Assembly: GCA_052033935.1 (NCBI GenBank)
Contig: JBPOJE010000011.1
Span: 139,814 to 203,813 of the forward strand
Direction: 5' to 3'
Length of the DNA stretch: 64,000 nucleotides
Source: Armatimonadota bacterium
GTDB lineage: Bacteria; Armatimonadota; UBA5829; DSUL01
Shown in pieces: positions 37,855 through 47,203 of this stretch (positions within the stretch are counted from its first letter, which is position 1; each line of letters begins with the position of its first letter). The notes below the pieces were generated by a model. That model did not search any database, was not told where the DNA came from, and saw only the letters and a list, made by a program, of their open reading frames with translations. Made by a program: the position numbers and the translations under genes.

Positions 37855-37884
37855 TTGACTCGCCGCATGCCCGTCTGGTAAGAT
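37855..37884 (+). promoter_or_regulatory. Sigma70-like promoter (TTGACT-N18-TAAGAT) driving the riboswitch leader
   Basis: cctaTTGACTcgccgcatgcccgtctggTAAGATgcc, about 25 nt upstream of the riboswitch-like element. Confidence 0.45.
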
Positions 37885-37909
37885 GCCCATAGACAACAAC
37901 TGAATACCG

Positions 37910-38098
37910 AACGCGGTCAGGTTTCCCGGAATATTCCGGGACTAAGAGCGAAGACGGTACAAATCCGTCGCGGGCCCGCCGCTGTAATCGGGGACGAAAC
38001 CGACGTTCTCCACTGCAATGCCGAAAGACTCAGAGGGCATTGTGGGAAGGGTTCGGAAGTAGGATGATCCGAGAGCCAGAAGACCTGCCTGACTGCGA
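37910..38098 (+). ncRNA. Cobalamin (AdoCbl) riboswitch-like leader
   Basis: Ordered conserved blocks: GGTacAAAtCC, CGCGGGcCCGCCgCTGTAAtcGGGG (versus consensus GGTGxAAxTCC...CCCGCxACTGT), the B12 box tCCACTG, GGGAAGG, and a 3' GCCAGAAGACCTGCC (compare btuB CCCGAAGACCTGCC). 5' GGTCAGG can pair with the 3' CCTGAC to form P1. Confidence 0.6.
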
Positions 38099-38125
38099 TT
38101 ATATTCTACATCTTCGGAGGCTGAG

Positions 38126-38977
38126 ATGTTGGAAGCAAGTGAAGCAATAGGCGTATTACGGGCTTCCGTCCAATCAATCCGAAATGGGCGAGGAGCCCGT
38201 TTCGGCATATATGGTTTCACGCTCATCGAACTGCTTGTGGTTATCGCAATCATCGCCATTCTCGCGGCGATATTGTCTCCTGTGTTTATATCTGCCAAGG
38301 AGCAGGCTCGTCAGGCAAAGTGCATCTCTAACCTCAAGCAGATTACTTCCGCATGGCTGATGTACGTCGACGACAACTCAGGCCGTGCCTGTCCTTCCTA
38401 TTACATATCATCAGACGGATGGCGCAGGGCTTGGGATTTCGATCTCAAGGACGTCAAGTCCGGCGGCAAGATCACCACTATTTGGAAATATGGGCTGCTC
38501 GGACCCTACGCCAAGAGCGGAGAGATCAAGAGCTGTCCTTCGTTTCATGGCGGCAAGTGGGACAGACCCTATACAGGCTATGCCTACAACGCAAGCTACA
38601 TAGGCGGGGACATCACAGTCGATGGCCAGGTTTACGTAGAACAGTGGACCGGCCGTCCTCACACAATAGCAACTTTAGGTCAGATACGGAACCCATCCAG
38701 AACTGCCGTTTTTGCAGATGGCGGCTTCGGCAATCCAGTGAGCGCCCACAACTACCTGCGAGCACCAAGTGACGAGTACTTCCAGGCAGGTACCGTCCAT
38801 TACAGGCACAACGGTGCGGCGGTAGTAGCCTATGCCGATGGGCACGTGTCCTTGGTGTGCGCCAAGTTCACTCACTATACGGACGTCCCGTGGTTGCAGA
38901 CCGGCAAGTCGGCTTTCGACTGCGCGCTTGATACCGGAGGTCTTTCCCAGGATGATTCTGCTTATGATTTGGACTGA
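38126..38977 (+). CDS. DUF1559 (H-X9-DG) prepilin-type N-terminal cleavage/methylation domain protein
   Basis: [55 protein letters not shown], and C-terminal [22 protein letters not shown] 5 nt upstream of the ATG. Confidence 0.85.
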   Translation: MLEASEAIGVLRASVQSIRNGRGARFGIYGFTLIELLVVIAIIAILAAILSPVFISAKEQARQAKCISNLKQITSAWLMYVDDNSGRACPSYYISSDGWRRAWDFDLKDVKSGGKITTIWKYGLLGPYAKSGEIKSCPSFHGGKWDRPYTGYAYNASYIGGDITVDGQVYVEQWTGRPHTIATLGQIRNPSRTAVFADGGFGNPVSAHNYLRAPSDEYFQAGTVHYRHNGAAVVAYADGHVSLVCAKFTHYTDVPWLQTGKSAFDCALDTGGLSQDDSAYDLD

Positions 38978-39002
38978 TACAACACAAAGTAGGAGAACGC
39001 AA

Positions 39003-40466
39003 GTGAAGCAGAAAATGACGCGAGTATTGCTGCTCGCTATGGTTGCGCTAATTTGCGCGGTCGGGGCTCACGCCATGGACTGGTGGGCTTCGGAAGTGAT
39101 AGGCTCAAGCCGCCTCGGCAATAGCCCCTATGACGATCCGACGGCTACTCTCGGCAAGCCCACGGTCTGGATGAACAACTCCGGTGCTCCCGGCGATCCG
39201 GATCCCTGCGCGGTATCGATGGTCATCCCGGCTTGGAACGTAGGCTGGCCGAGTGGCGAAAAGCTGATTACCACCATTATGGCTAGGACATCCACACTTC
39301 CCGCTGGCTATGTCACGGTCAAGTACACTACCAGAATCTATGATGACCCTAGTAACTGGTACGGCAAGGACTTTATCGTATTCGGCAACAGCTTCTTTGC
39401 AGCGGCTGGGCATTACGTGTATTCGGACTCGAATATGGAGGATGTTGTTATAGACTCCATTGATGGCGGAGGCGGGTGGTGGGAACCGATGCCGGTCAGT
39501 GTCAGCCAGGACAACATTACCTGGTATTCCTACACCAATGGACCCTATGCCGATGACTACGCCCCTACACAAGCCCTCGCCTGGGACTGGGTTGAAAACC
39601 ACTGGCTTAAGAACAGTGCGGGTGTTGACGTGGAACTTGATTTCACACGGCCGGTGACCCCGGGATACGGCAAAGCTAGCTTCAACGGGAAGACTGCGGC
39701 GGCAGGCATTGATATGTACGGCGGATCTGGCGGCGGGACTGCCTTTGATCTTGCCGAGTTACCCCTTCCCATAGATCCAGTTACGGGCCGCAAGTGGATC
39801 CAGTACATCAGGATCGATGGCGCGATGGGTGAGGTCGATGCTTTCGCCCGAGTGAGCCACCAGATTGATGAGATGTCCATCGGCGCCGTGAAGAAGCTGC
39901 CGGACGGGACTAGGGTGGTTCTCAAGGAATCTGTTGTGTCGGCTGCCACCTACGAGGTCGGGAGGTATTGTTATGTCGAGCACCCGGACAGGTCGGGCGG
40001 CATCAGGGTCATTGGTCGGGTTCTTGACCGCGATAAACACTACATTATCTACGGCGACATGGACACCATGGGAGATGAGCGTGTGATCCTCGCCACGGCA
40101 ATTACAGCCATTGAGGATAACACAGATCCGGTTGAGCCGGTTGGCATGCCAAACAGAAACATCTACGGCCACGGCCTGAACACGGCTGGACTTCTTGTGC
40201 AGACTTGGGGAAGGGCGCTCTCTGTTGACCAGGCTGACAAGTCTTTTGTGATTGACGATGGCTCCGGCAAGCCGATCAGGTGCATCGCCCCCAGAAGTAC
40301 AGAGGCAGCCGAGCCGAACAACGGCGTGGCGGTTCATCCGGATTTCAGTCCGCCAGCACAGGGCCATTTTGTAAGAATTACGGGCATCAGCTCGCTTGAG
40401 CGCAATGCTGAGGATGAGGTGGTGCCCGTGATCAGACTTAGGGACATCTCAAGCGTTGTCGAATAG
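39003..40466 (+). CDS. Secreted hypothetical protein ending in the conserved C-terminal module
   Basis: AGGAGA 6 nt upstream of GTG 39003 (ATG alternative at 39015). Signal peptide MTRVLLLAMVALICAVGAHA. C-terminus CYVEHPDRSGGIRV...GLNTAGLLVQTWGRA...FVIDDGSG...ISSVVE. Confidence 0.8.
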   Translation: MKQKMTRVLLLAMVALICAVGAHAMDWWASEVIGSSRLGNSPYDDPTATLGKPTVWMNNSGAPGDPDPCAVSMVIPAWNVGWPSGEKLITTIMARTSTLPAGYVTVKYTTRIYDDPSNWYGKDFIVFGNSFFAAAGHYVYSDSNMEDVVIDSIDGGGGWWEPMPVSVSQDNITWYSYTNGPYADDYAPTQALAWDWVENHWLKNSAGVDVELDFTRPVTPGYGKASFNGKTAAAGIDMYGGSGGGTAFDLAELPLPIDPVTGRKWIQYIRIDGAMGEVDAFARVSHQIDEMSIGAVKKLPDGTRVVLKESVVSAATYEVGRYCYVEHPDRSGGIRVIGRVLDRDKHYIIYGDMDTMGDERVILATAITAIEDNTDPVEPVGMPNRNIYGHGLNTAGLLVQTWGRALSVDQADKSFVIDDGSGKPIRCIAPRSTEAAEPNNGVAVHPDFSPPAQGHFVRITGISSLERNAEDEVVPVIRLRDISSVVE

Positions 40467-40508
40467 CACAGTCCCTATGAACCAACACTCTAAAAGAGGA
40501 AAGGACAA

Positions 40509-41162
40509 ATGAAGAGAACCATTATTCTCGCACTGCTGATGTTCGCCCTGGGCACCTCGATGGCATCGGCAGCCCCGTACGCTTTCAACTCGGCATCGGG
40601 CAAGACAGCCTGGATCGAGGTGGATGCCTGGTCAGGCAGCGGAGCAAACGAATCGATTCTGGTCGTGGACTGGAACGTTATGGGCGGCCCGTATGCGACC
40701 GAATCACACGCGTTTGGCTTCCGCTGGGACGGCACGGCGTACGTGTCGGATATGCTCAACGCATTTCACAACGCCGGTGTATTCACCCTAAGCTCGGGCT
40801 ATGGCGGGGCGTTTCTTATGGACATCGTCTACGATGACGGTATTGACCACCACACGCACGCTGATGAAGAGGGAAGCTGGAATCTCGCCAGCACTGACGA
40901 TCCCTACGCCCAATGGGGCGCAATGAGCTCTGACGGGACCAAGCTAGGTGAATGGGATGCCAATCCGGCCGGCTATAACCAAGAGTTGCTTGCGAATGGT
41001 CAGCTCGAAGGCATCAACGCGATTTCGTGGTTCGGCGGGGATCCCAACGCGTATACGTTGGATGTTCCTTTTGCCGCTGCCGTGCCTGAGCCGGGTTCGC
41101 TGGCGGGGCTTCTGGGAGGACTTGTTTCGATTAGTGGCCTTGTGTTGCGCAGTCGAAAGTAG
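40509..41162 (+). CDS. PEP-CTERM sorting-domain protein
   Basis: Signal peptide MKRTIILALLMFALGTSMASA. C-terminal VPEPGSLAGLLGGLVSISGLVLRSRK is a textbook PEP-CTERM (VPEP, TM, RSRK). Strong RBS AGAGGAAAGGA. Confidence 0.85.
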   Translation: MKRTIILALLMFALGTSMASAAPYAFNSASGKTAWIEVDAWSGSGANESILVVDWNVMGGPYATESHAFGFRWDGTAYVSDMLNAFHNAGVFTLSSGYGGAFLMDIVYDDGIDHHTHADEEGSWNLASTDDPYAQWGAMSSDGTKLGEWDANPAGYNQELLANGQLEGINAISWFGGDPNAYTLDVPFAAAVPEPGSLAGLLGGLVSISGLVLRSRK

Positions 41163-41181
41163 AGAGTCCTATTCGCACGCT

Positions 41182-41212
41182 GGACGGTCTCATCACGAGG
41201 CCGTCCAGCCAC
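41182..41212 (+). terminator. Hairpin after the PEP-CTERM gene (no U-tract)
   Basis: ctggacgg-N13-ccgtccag, an 8-bp stem. Confidence 0.3.
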
Positions 41213-41221
41213 AAGGCCCCA

Positions 41222-41390
41222 CCGATGTCCGGCATCTCCGCTGCCGGACGGGCGTCCGCGGGGTCTCTGGCCCCTGGCCGTTGCGCAGGCCGGCGCCGTT
41301 CCGGATCGGCGGGGCTGCTTGCCTGTATGGACGCCTCGCAATAAGGAGCAAAGCCCCTACAGACATGGCCGCGCGAGCAGAGATCGCGCG
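41222..41390. repeat. Copy B of the structured intergenic repeat
   Basis: See copy A. Lies in the convergent gap between the PEP-CTERM gene and the 41409-41795 gene. Confidence 0.7.
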
Positions 41391-41408
41391 ACATCGTGCA
41401 GAGACTGG

Positions 41409-41795
41409 TCAAGGTTGAGCGACCTTCCGAGAGATGCGCGCCACGTTCACGCCTTCGGCGACAAAAGCCCAGAGAGGAAAGAAGACGAAGAACCACACTC
41501 CTTGCGATGACGCGAACCAGTATAGGACGATCATGGCCACGAGTGTCATTTGGAAAAACACCAGCAAACGCGCTGCAGGCAAGCAACTGAACACTAATAC
41601 CCATTGCGCCACAGCAGGGAGTACCGCCAGGTAAAGCCAATACAGCTTCGCAGACGGCCCGAGTTCGCTTGGAGAAGCGTACACGTAGTAGAAGAAGCAA
41701 ACGAATACGGTCCGAAGGAGCAGATAGCAAACCCGGCTCCGACGTGCGCTTCCGTTCTGCAATGCCCGCATCTCGCTGAATATGGCAAAAGTCAT
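41409..41795 (-). CDS. Small four-TM membrane protein in a locally low-GC segment
   Basis: 128-aa ORF, strongly hydrophobic (FVCFFYYVY, LYWLYLAVLPAVAQWVLVF, VFFQMTLVAMIVLYWF, WFFVFFPLWAFV). Visibly A+T-richer than its surroundings. Confidence 0.5.
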   Translation of the reverse strand: MTFAIFSEMRALQNGSARRSRVCYLLLRTVFVCFFYYVYASPSELGPSAKLYWLYLAVLPAVAQWVLVFSCLPAARLLVFFQMTLVAMIVLYWFASSQGVWFFVFFPLWAFVAEGVNVARISRKVAQP

Positions 41796-41893
41796 TGACC
41801 TGCCCCCATTCTTTGGTCCACATGCTGTGTTTCTGTCCTTCGGGTCACTTCATACCTCCTATCAGGTGCTACGAGGGCGGCAGTGGAACGAAC

Positions 41894-42512
41894 GCCCCGA
41901 AGCGCCGCTGCGCCGGGCCTTCGCTAACGGCCGGACTCATCGCGTGCCAACGGCAACCACAAGACGCCCAGAAGGGGCTATGCTTCTCTGTGTGCGAAGG
42001 CGGGTGACGTGCCTCACACGCCCACGCTTTCAGGCCCGCTTTGGCGAGACGATGACGCCATCGAACACGGCCGCGTTCGACTGAACCCGGCACCCGCGGC
42101 CCACCACGCAGCGCTCGATGCAGGTGTCGCGCAGAACCGCCGCGTCCGGCCACAGAATGCTCTGGCGGACAGTGGCGCCCGATTCGACCACGCAGCCATC
42201 GGCGAGCACGGAATACTCCTGCACCTGCGCTCCGGCCTCGATGCGGCAGTTGTTGCCGATGACGACCGGATACTCGATCTTCGCGGTCGGGTCTATTTCG
42301 GCATTCTCCCCCATCCAGACGTACTTGCGGGATTCTTTGTAAGGGAGATTGAGTGTAATGCGCCCCTCCAGCACGTCGTAGTGTGTCTGGCGGTACGCCG
42401 TCAGGTTGCCGATGTCGCGCCAGTAGCTGGACGTGAGGTGTCCGTACAGCCGCATCTTGCGCTCGATCAACAGGGGCAGAAGGTCTTTGCCGAATCCGTA
42501 CATCACGCCCTT
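41894..42512. repeat. Segmental duplicate (copy 1) of 47195-47912
   Basis: Near-identical DNA over ~620 bp, with a ~95-bp indel relative to copy 2. Includes the 3' third of an NDP-sugar pyrophosphorylase gene plus its downstream region. Confidence 0.8.
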
Positions 42513-42520
42513 GAGGGTGC
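42030..42520 (-). pseudogene. Truncated duplicate (C-terminal LbH fragment) of the 47425-48459 NDP-sugar pyrophosphorylase
   Basis: ...KGVMYGFGKDLLPLLIERKMRLYGHLTSSYWRDIGNLTAYRQ...VIVSPKRA* is about 97 percent identical to the last ~165 aa of the full-length paralog. The nucleotidyltransferase N-domain is absent; the upstream ORF extension is unrelated sequence. Confidence 0.7.
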
Positions 42521-42727
42521 TGCCGGAGGTGTTCGGCGCGGCGGACGGGGTTCCCTGCGCGGTGCATTGGTCATGGCGCGATAGGAAAGGCGGCCGCGCC
42601 CACGAGCGTTGGCTACAGGAATCGGCTATAGTAGTGGTCAGGCGCAGGCTGGGCCATCCGGACCTTGCTGAGGCACAGACCGGATTGGGACAGCCCGCAG
42701 GTCGTTGGCGTGATCGGGAGGTCAACT

Positions 42728-45700
42728 ATGCGCGTCCGGTCTTACTTTGTCGCTGCTCTTCCGCTCTTCCTGTTCGCTGGTGCACGCGTCGGCGTCGCTG
42801 CGCCCATCGCGACCGCGACCGACGTCTCCGCGGCGCTGGCTGCGCCGGACGGGGCCGCTGTGTCACTGCAGACGGTCCTCGTGGATAAGGCCGCACGCGG
42901 ATACATCGTCGTCAGGGCACCGTGGTCGGCAGACGAGCGCGTGGTGGTGGTCGCGGCCGTCAACGTGAAGCGGTGGCAGCCCGTGGCTGTGAAGGGCACC
43001 CTCACCACCCTCGTCAATGGCATCAGGGCTGTCCGGGCGGACGAGGTCTTGGTCTACACCGACGCAGAGGGAGCGCCCGTCATTTGTCCGATTCCTCCAC
43101 CCATGACCAAAGGCGCCATTGCCGCATCCTTTTCTACTGCAGCGGCAGCCATCAAGCTTGATGAGCTCGCGATGCTCGCGGAGGATGAGACGCCGCCAGT
43201 GCCCGACCCCACACCGCCGGCTGTGGAACCCCAGTATATCGTTGGCACCATCAGTGAAGCTCTCGCGCTTGGTGAGGGCAGTACGGTCAGGGTCAACGGC
43301 AAGCCCATAGCGTCAACAGGCGACGACCCGACGTACGGCGCTTACTTCGTCGCTGGCGAAGACGGCAGTTCTGACACTCTCAAAACCTTCAGCTCCGCTG
43401 CAGCCTCGGCCGAAATGCGAGCCGCGGGCCTTACCGGAACCATAGCGATTCAACCGGGAGTCGGTAAAGTCCTCAGTACGGACAGCGGCCCTGGCAACCC
43501 GCCAGAGGGCTTCCACGGCCTTGCGGAACTGGCTGTAGCCGTAGATGTGTTCGGAGCAAAGACGAAACCGGACGACATGGAGGTGCAACTGCTCGGAAAG
43601 GTGGTGAGCCGTGCCTTCCCGAGCGAGGACGTGTTCTACATCCAGGAGCCAGACCGCGCATGCGGCATCAAGGTGGTCGATGCCATCAATGCAGCCTCAG
43701 TTGCCCCGGGCGATCTGGTCAGTGTCACGGGCTTCATATCAACGAACGCGTCAGGCGAGCGTTACATCGAGGCGTCGACCACAGAAATCACCGGCTCGAT
43801 AGAGCCACCGGTCCCCACAGCGATGATCAACCGCACTCTTGGAGGCGGCGATTTCCACTATAACGCCACCACCGGGGCCGGGCAGAAAGGCATCTCTGGA
43901 GTCGCCTACGGGCTGAACAATGTCGGCCTGCTCGTCCGCACGACCGGCAAGGTGACAGCCATCGGGAGTGATTACTTCTACGTTGACGATGGGAGTAACC
44001 TCAGCGACGGGGCGGGCCACACCGGCGTCCGTGTGGCCAACGTTCCTGCAACCACAGTGTCGGTGGGCGATTACGTTGGCATCGTCGGCATATCTGGTTT
44101 GGAGGGTACCAACCTCGCCTGCCGCCGCGTGCTCCGACCCGCAGACACGGCAGATGTTGAGACCCTCGATCCGCTCGCTCCGGCGAACCTCACCGCCAGT
44201 GCGGGCAACACCAGCGCGAGTCTGGTCTGGGACGCGGCGCCGGTGAGTTCGTATGCAGTTTTCCGGGGGGCCAGCCAGAGTGGCTCATTCACGCGAATCG
44301 CCACCGCAACGACTACTGCTTACGTAGATTCAGGCTTGACGAACGGCACAACCTATTGGTACAAGGTGGCGAGTATCAGCCTCGGCGAAGGTACGCCGAC
44401 GGCCGCTGTATCGGCAACGCCGACGGGGGCGGCGCCAATGGCAACAATGAGCAACTTAGCCGTAAATGACGGCACGCTTTCAGTGGATTACACCGCCACC
44501 GCAGGCTCTAGCGGCGACGAGCCGTCCATGGTTGCCTTTGGGTTGGATGGAGCACTAATATGGGCGGACACACCAGGCTTGCACAGCCACTTTGTGCTCG
44601 ACACGACGCAGTTCGCTAACGGCCCGCATCGGCTCTCTATAACCGCCATTTCGGCGTCCGCAGCCGGTGTGCTCACCTCAACCACGGCCGTGCAGGACGT
44701 CGCTTTCGACAACTTCGCATCGTCGTTTACCATACCGGAGGTAGCCTACGAGACAGCGGCTATTTCAACCGTTTTCGCAGCCCCAACGAGTTGGACCTTG
44801 CGTTTCCTGTCCGGTTCGCAGGAACTTGCGAGCACATCCGGCACGGGCACAGTTGTTTGCTACACTTGGGACAGCTCGCAGGCGTACGGAAACGTGACGG
44901 TCGAGTTGAGCTACGATGAGCCGGGTCCACTTGCTGCCCAGAAAGTGCGGAATGGCAGGACGTACGTCACCCACGGGGTGTACCCGCCAACCCCGCTTGC
45001 CTGGGCAGCTTATTATCCCGCGGATGCTGTCTCGGGGCAGGAGCTTTGGTACCGGCAGGATTACAACGCGGCCGCATCGAGTCTTCTGGATCATTTTGGC
45101 GTGCCGCCAGGCAATGAATGGCGCGGCCGCATTGCCGGCTGCGGCGGTTGGGATACAGTGATCGACCCGGTGCTCGTTGAGCCGGATTTCTGGCCGGGGA
45201 TACTGTTCTTCTCCGGACATGGGGAGTACGTCGACCGGGATAAGTCCATGCTCTACCAAGGGGCCGTTGCCGGCAGCTTCACTGGGGGGCGGACCTGCGG
45301 GCTCACAGCCTTGACGCCGTTCGGCACTCCGAGCGGCCCCATTTATATGCAGGCGGCTGGGCCAGCCCTCGGCAACGGAGGCATCTTCGACCCGCTTACC
45401 GGGCGCGTGGCGATGACGATGGTACACAAGCGGCTTGAGTTCGTCTTTTTCAATACGTGCTTCTCAGGCGGGCGTTCAAGCAGTAGCCGTCTTCCCCTCC
45501 TTCCGTTGGCTTTCGGCCTGCCGCGGCAGCGAGTAAGCGGCCTGGGCGCGGCCTACCTGGGCATTGTGGACACGGCGGAAAACGACGACGCGACCCTGTT
45601 CAACCAGACGTTTTGGAACTACCTCGAGCAGGGCTACACCATTGCCAGGGCCGCGTTCCATGCATCCCTGGCAACAGGAAAAAGGGTGAAGTATCGCATA

Positions 45701-45730
45701 GGTGGAGATCCGGGGCTGAGGCTATGGTGA
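42728..45730 (+). CDS. Large secreted protein: internal copy of the conserved module, Fn3 domain, C-terminal clan-CD (C25/caspase-like) peptidase-like domain
   Basis: GGGAGG RBS, signal peptide MRVRSYFVAALPLFLFAGARVGVAAP. Module FYIQEPDRACGIKV...GLNNVGLLVRTTGKV...FYVDDGSNLSDGAG. Fn3 segment LVWDAAPVSSYAVFRG...TTYWYKVASIS. His and Cys motifs ILFFSGHGEY and FVFFNTCFSGG. Confidence 0.8.
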   Translation: MRVRSYFVAALPLFLFAGARVGVAAPIATATDVSAALAAPDGAAVSLQTVLVDKAARGYIVVRAPWSADERVVVVAAVNVKRWQPVAVKGTLTTLVNGIRAVRADEVLVYTDAEGAPVICPIPPPMTKGAIAASFSTAAAAIKLDELAMLAEDETPPVPDPTPPAVEPQYIVGTISEALALGEGSTVRVNGKPIASTGDDPTYGAYFVAGEDGSSDTLKTFSSAAASAEMRAAGLTGTIAIQPGVGKVLSTDSGPGNPPEGFHGLAELAVAVDVFGAKTKPDDMEVQLLGKVVSRAFPSEDVFYIQEPDRACGIKVVDAINAASVAPGDLVSVTGFISTNASGERYIEASTTEITGSIEPPVPTAMINRTLGGGDFHYNATTGAGQKGISGVAYGLNNVGLLVRTTGKVTAIGSDYFYVDDGSNLSDGAGHTGVRVANVPATTVSVGDYVGIVGISGLEGTNLACRRVLRPADTADVETLDPLAPANLTASAGNTSASLVWDAAPVSSYAVFRGASQSGSFTRIATATTTAYVDSGLTNGTTYWYKVASISLGEGTPTAAVSATPTGAAPMATMSNLAVNDGTLSVDYTATAGSSGDEPSMVAFGLDGALIWADTPGLHSHFVLDTTQFANGPHRLSITAISASAAGVLTSTTAVQDVAFDNFASSFTIPEVAYETAAISTVFAAPTSWTLRFLSGSQELASTSGTGTVVCYTWDSSQAYGNVTVELSYDEPGPLAAQKVRNGRTYVTHGVYPPTPLAWAAYYPADAVSGQELWYRQDYNAAASSLLDHFGVPPGNEWRGRIAGCGGWDTVIDPVLVEPDFWPGILFFSGHGEYVDRDKSMLYQGAVAGSFTGGRTCGLTALTPFGTPSGPIYMQAAGPALGNGGIFDPLTGRVAMTMVHKRLEFVFFNTCFSGGRSSSSRLPLLPLAFGLPRQRVSGLGAAYLGIVDTAENDDATLFNQTFWNYLEQGYTIARAAFHASLATGKRVKYRIGGDPGLRLW

Positions 45731-46275
45731 GGCCCTCGGTTGCCTTTGTGGCTGGGATTCTGGCCGGCGCCCTTCTGGCTGGAGGTGCAGCATTGCTGCT
45801 CAATCGAGAGTCCACCGTGGGTGCCAGGAGCGCACCGTGGCGTCCCGGCCTGGCAGAGCTGCGCGACATGTTCACGGCCGATGTTCGCGCAGGGCGGACC
45901 CCGGACGAGGTTGTCATTATCGTCAAGCAGCAGTTCGCAACGGACGCGTATTGGACTCAAAAGCCGGCGGTCGGCTATATCGTCAGCCAAGGGCAGAAGT
46001 GGTCACTGCGGGCAGCGGTGACACAACTCTCTGAGCCTGTCGAAAGGCTGGACTTCGAAGGCCGGACTTACCCGCTGCAGCGCCCCAGCCAAGAGGCACG
46101 GGTCCGGTTCAGAGCTCCAAGGGCCCCGGCTGGGCCCGCAATCCTGAGGATTAAGGTGGAGGTTATGGTGGGGCCCACGCCGGCTCTGGCTAAGGCGCCT
46201 CTACTTGTCCCGCTGCGCCTGTCGGGCCTTCAGGCGACCGTGGCCCCAGATGGCGCCATTCGGCTTGCGCTGTGA
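45724..46275 (+). CDS. Membrane-anchored hypothetical protein
   Basis: The ATG overlaps the upstream stop (ATGGTGA). TM anchor MVRPSVAFVAGILAGALLAGGAALLL. Confidence 0.6.
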   Translation: MVRPSVAFVAGILAGALLAGGAALLLNRESTVGARSAPWRPGLAELRDMFTADVRAGRTPDEVVIIVKQQFATDAYWTQKPAVGYIVSQGQKWSLRAAVTQLSEPVERLDFEGRTYPLQRPSQEARVRFRAPRAPAGPAILRIKVEVMVGPTPALAKAPLLVPLRLSGLQATVAPDGAIRLAL

Positions 46276-46310
46276 TCATGGGCTGTGGCTGACAAGCTGT
46301 TACCATCCAC

Positions 46311-46452
46311 CATGTGCCGGCATCTCTGCTGCCAGCACGACGCCCGCGGGAGCTGTGCTTCCCATGCTGCTGGCGGGCCATATGCAGCGCGAGGATGCGG
46401 AGCAGAGCACCGGCAGACATCGCTCGCGGGAGCAGAGATCCCGCGAGATCGG
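46311..46452. repeat. Copy C (diverged) of the structured intergenic repeat
   Basis: catgtgccggcatctctgctgccagcacgacgcccgcggg... and ...cgcgggagcagagatcccgcg match the two ends of copies A and B. Confidence 0.5.
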
Positions 46453-46516
46453 GGGGCTTGGGCAAACCTGGTGTGCTGCCTTGGCGTTGCTGTCCTGGTG
46501 CGGAGCTGTTTGCGTG

Positions 46517-47203
46517 CTTCGGGGCTTCTTTTCGCCCCGAAGCTCATCCTGATCCCGCGTCATAGCATCTCCTCCGTGGAGTCGATCCGCAATGGGCCGC
46601 TGCCGCAATCATACCAGGAGGCGCTGGAGAAGAGCCAATCCTCTGGAGTCTGGCACAGCCCCCGCCGCACCGGGTTGCTGTGCATATAGGCCAGCTTCGC
46701 CAGAAGGGCCTCGTCCGTAGTCACAGGCAGGCCGTGCCCGCGCTCCTTCCACACCCGCACCCGGCTCTTGCCCCGCGCAAGGCTGCGAGAAAGCTCCAGC
46801 CACTCTGCTGCCTGGGCGTTGCCACGCTCTGCCGCACGGGCCGTCATTGCCGTGATATCGCCCGAGAAGGTGCGCAGGCTCTGCACCAGGAACTTCCGAA
46901 CGCTGTCTGCCGACGGCCCCCACAGCAGGATGTGGAAGTGCTCAGGCATCACCACGTAGCCCAGAATTCGGACGCCAAAGCGCTCGCGACGGCTGTCCCA
47001 GATGGAGAGCAGCAGCGCGGCTGCGCGAGGGCTCCTCAGCACAGGAGTCCACTCGACGATGGTGCTGGTCCAGAACCAGCGCGCGCCGTCCTGCCACAGA
47101 TTGTGATGGCGCGACATGACGCAATCTTACCAGCCGGCCATATCCAGCGCAAGCACTCGGCTCGGTCTGGCTTCTGGCTTCGGGGCGAAAAGAAGCCCCG
47201 AAG
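46517..47203 (-). mobile_element. REP-RAYT unit: Y1/HUH transposase gene bracketed by inverted palindromic hairpins
   Basis: cttcggggc-TTCTTTTC-gccccgaag at 46517-46542 and cttcggggc-GAAAAGAA-gccccgaag at 47178-47203. The stems are identical and the loops are reverse-complementary. Confidence 0.65.
46560..47117 (-). CDS. REP-associated tyrosine transposase (RAYT) / IS200-like Y1 HUH transposase
   Basis: HUH motif VMPEHFHILLW and catalytic Tyr context KLAYMHSNPVRRGL. 185 aa. Confidence 0.8.
   Translation of the reverse strand: MSRHHNLWQDGARWFWTSTIVEWTPVLRSPRAAALLLSIWDSRRERFGVRILGYVVMPEHFHILLWGPSADSVRKFLVQSLRTFSGDITAMTARAAERGNAQAAEWLELSRSLARGKSRVRVWKERGHGLPVTTDEALLAKLAYMHSNPVRRGLCQTPEDWLFSSASWYDCGSGPLRIDSTEEML

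Noticed and set aside
41000-41341. Minus-strand ORFs beginning MRGVH(S/T)GKQPR in two loci (also 37543-37779)
   Set aside because: The shared N-terminus is simply the translated repeat element. The starts are TTG, and the ORFs run antisense into real genes or promoter regions.
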